Assembly (NCBI GenBank): GCA_002269645.1
Contig: NIVC01000196.1
Coordinates: 1-64,000, forward strand
Direction: 5' to 3'
From: Macrostomum lignano
Lineage: Eukaryota
DNA length: 64,000 nucleotides
The position numbers and the translations under genes are program-made. Shown here piece by piece: positions 63,331 to 64,000 of the stretch. Positions within the stretch are counted from its first letter, which is position 1. Every line of letters starts with the position of its first letter. The notes under the pieces are model-generated. The model was not told where the DNA came from and made no database searches. It saw nothing but the letters and a program-made list of their open reading frames with translations.

Positions 63331-64000
63331 AGTACCTGCTGCTCCCGCGAAGGGGGAGGATTCTGCACTTAATCGGTTTAATTATCAACTTGAATGACAA
63401 AAGCAGAAGTAAATCAAGTGAAAGTTGACTGGTGGTATGCAGCAAAGGATACCGGGCATACTGATAAAGAATGCCAATTTCGCAGCTTTTTTTTACCATA
63501 GACAGCGGTTCTGCTTGCTGACCGTCGGCACAAATTCAATGTACTGTAAGAAGCAGTTTTAGTTGGATTAAAGCTACTTGGGTGGAAACTTTAACATGTT
63601 GCTGGGTGTAGTTGTAGGTAAAAGGAACACCCTTTTAAGGAATTAAGGAAAGTAAAAAAATTACACGCACTAGGGATAGAGACGCAGGAAAATATGATTC
63701 TATTCGAATATTCGCCATTCACCATAAAAACTGTTGCATTTCCCGCCAGCCCAGTAGAAACAAATGATACAATAACATACAATAGAGAAAGGACAATAAG
63801 AAGCTAGTTAACATTTAACAATTAAAAGTGCATTCAGCTTGTGGCTTACGCGATTCCGTCTGTAACGAAGACGCTGTAAAAACACGTACGATAACAGTAA
63901 GTTGCTAGTTCGATTTTAGTAAACTTTAGAGCCGTTATAAACTGTCTAATTTCATTAAATAAATGGTTAACTGTGCACCCTGTGTGAGCGTGTGCATGAG

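Overview
Eukaryotic (animal) genomic DNA. The GC-rich, Gln/Ala-rich exons and minisatellite-filled introns resemble the flatworm Macrostomum lignano, but the species is my inference. Four spliced host genes run in tandem on the minus strand. From right to left they are a DUF389-type membrane protein (about 43.7-58.3 kb), type II PI 4-kinase (33.7-36.7 kb), TMEM131 (11.4-28.7 kb) and the first coding exon of a Hippo/MST kinase (0.5-1.0 kb, rest outside the window). An intronless 413-aa orphan ORF lies on the plus strand at 29.9-31.1 kb. Mobile elements with boundaries read from the sequence: (1) an apparently complete 6.5-kb CACTA/EnSpm transposon in a DUF389 intron, with 13-bp TIRs, a 3-bp TSD, inverted subterminal arrays, an open transposase and a BEN-like accessory ORF; (2) a dead mariner with a SINE inside its TIR; (3) a non-autonomous hAT carrying a nested MITE; (4) a Charlie-like MITE; (5) three tRNA-derived SINE families. 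Most introns carry their own minisatellite. CpG-depleted blocks near the 5' ends of three genes, with matching CpG decay in the TEs inside them, point to regional germline methylation. Exon boundaries come from manual GT-AG and phase matching plus remembered family motifs; no database searches were run.
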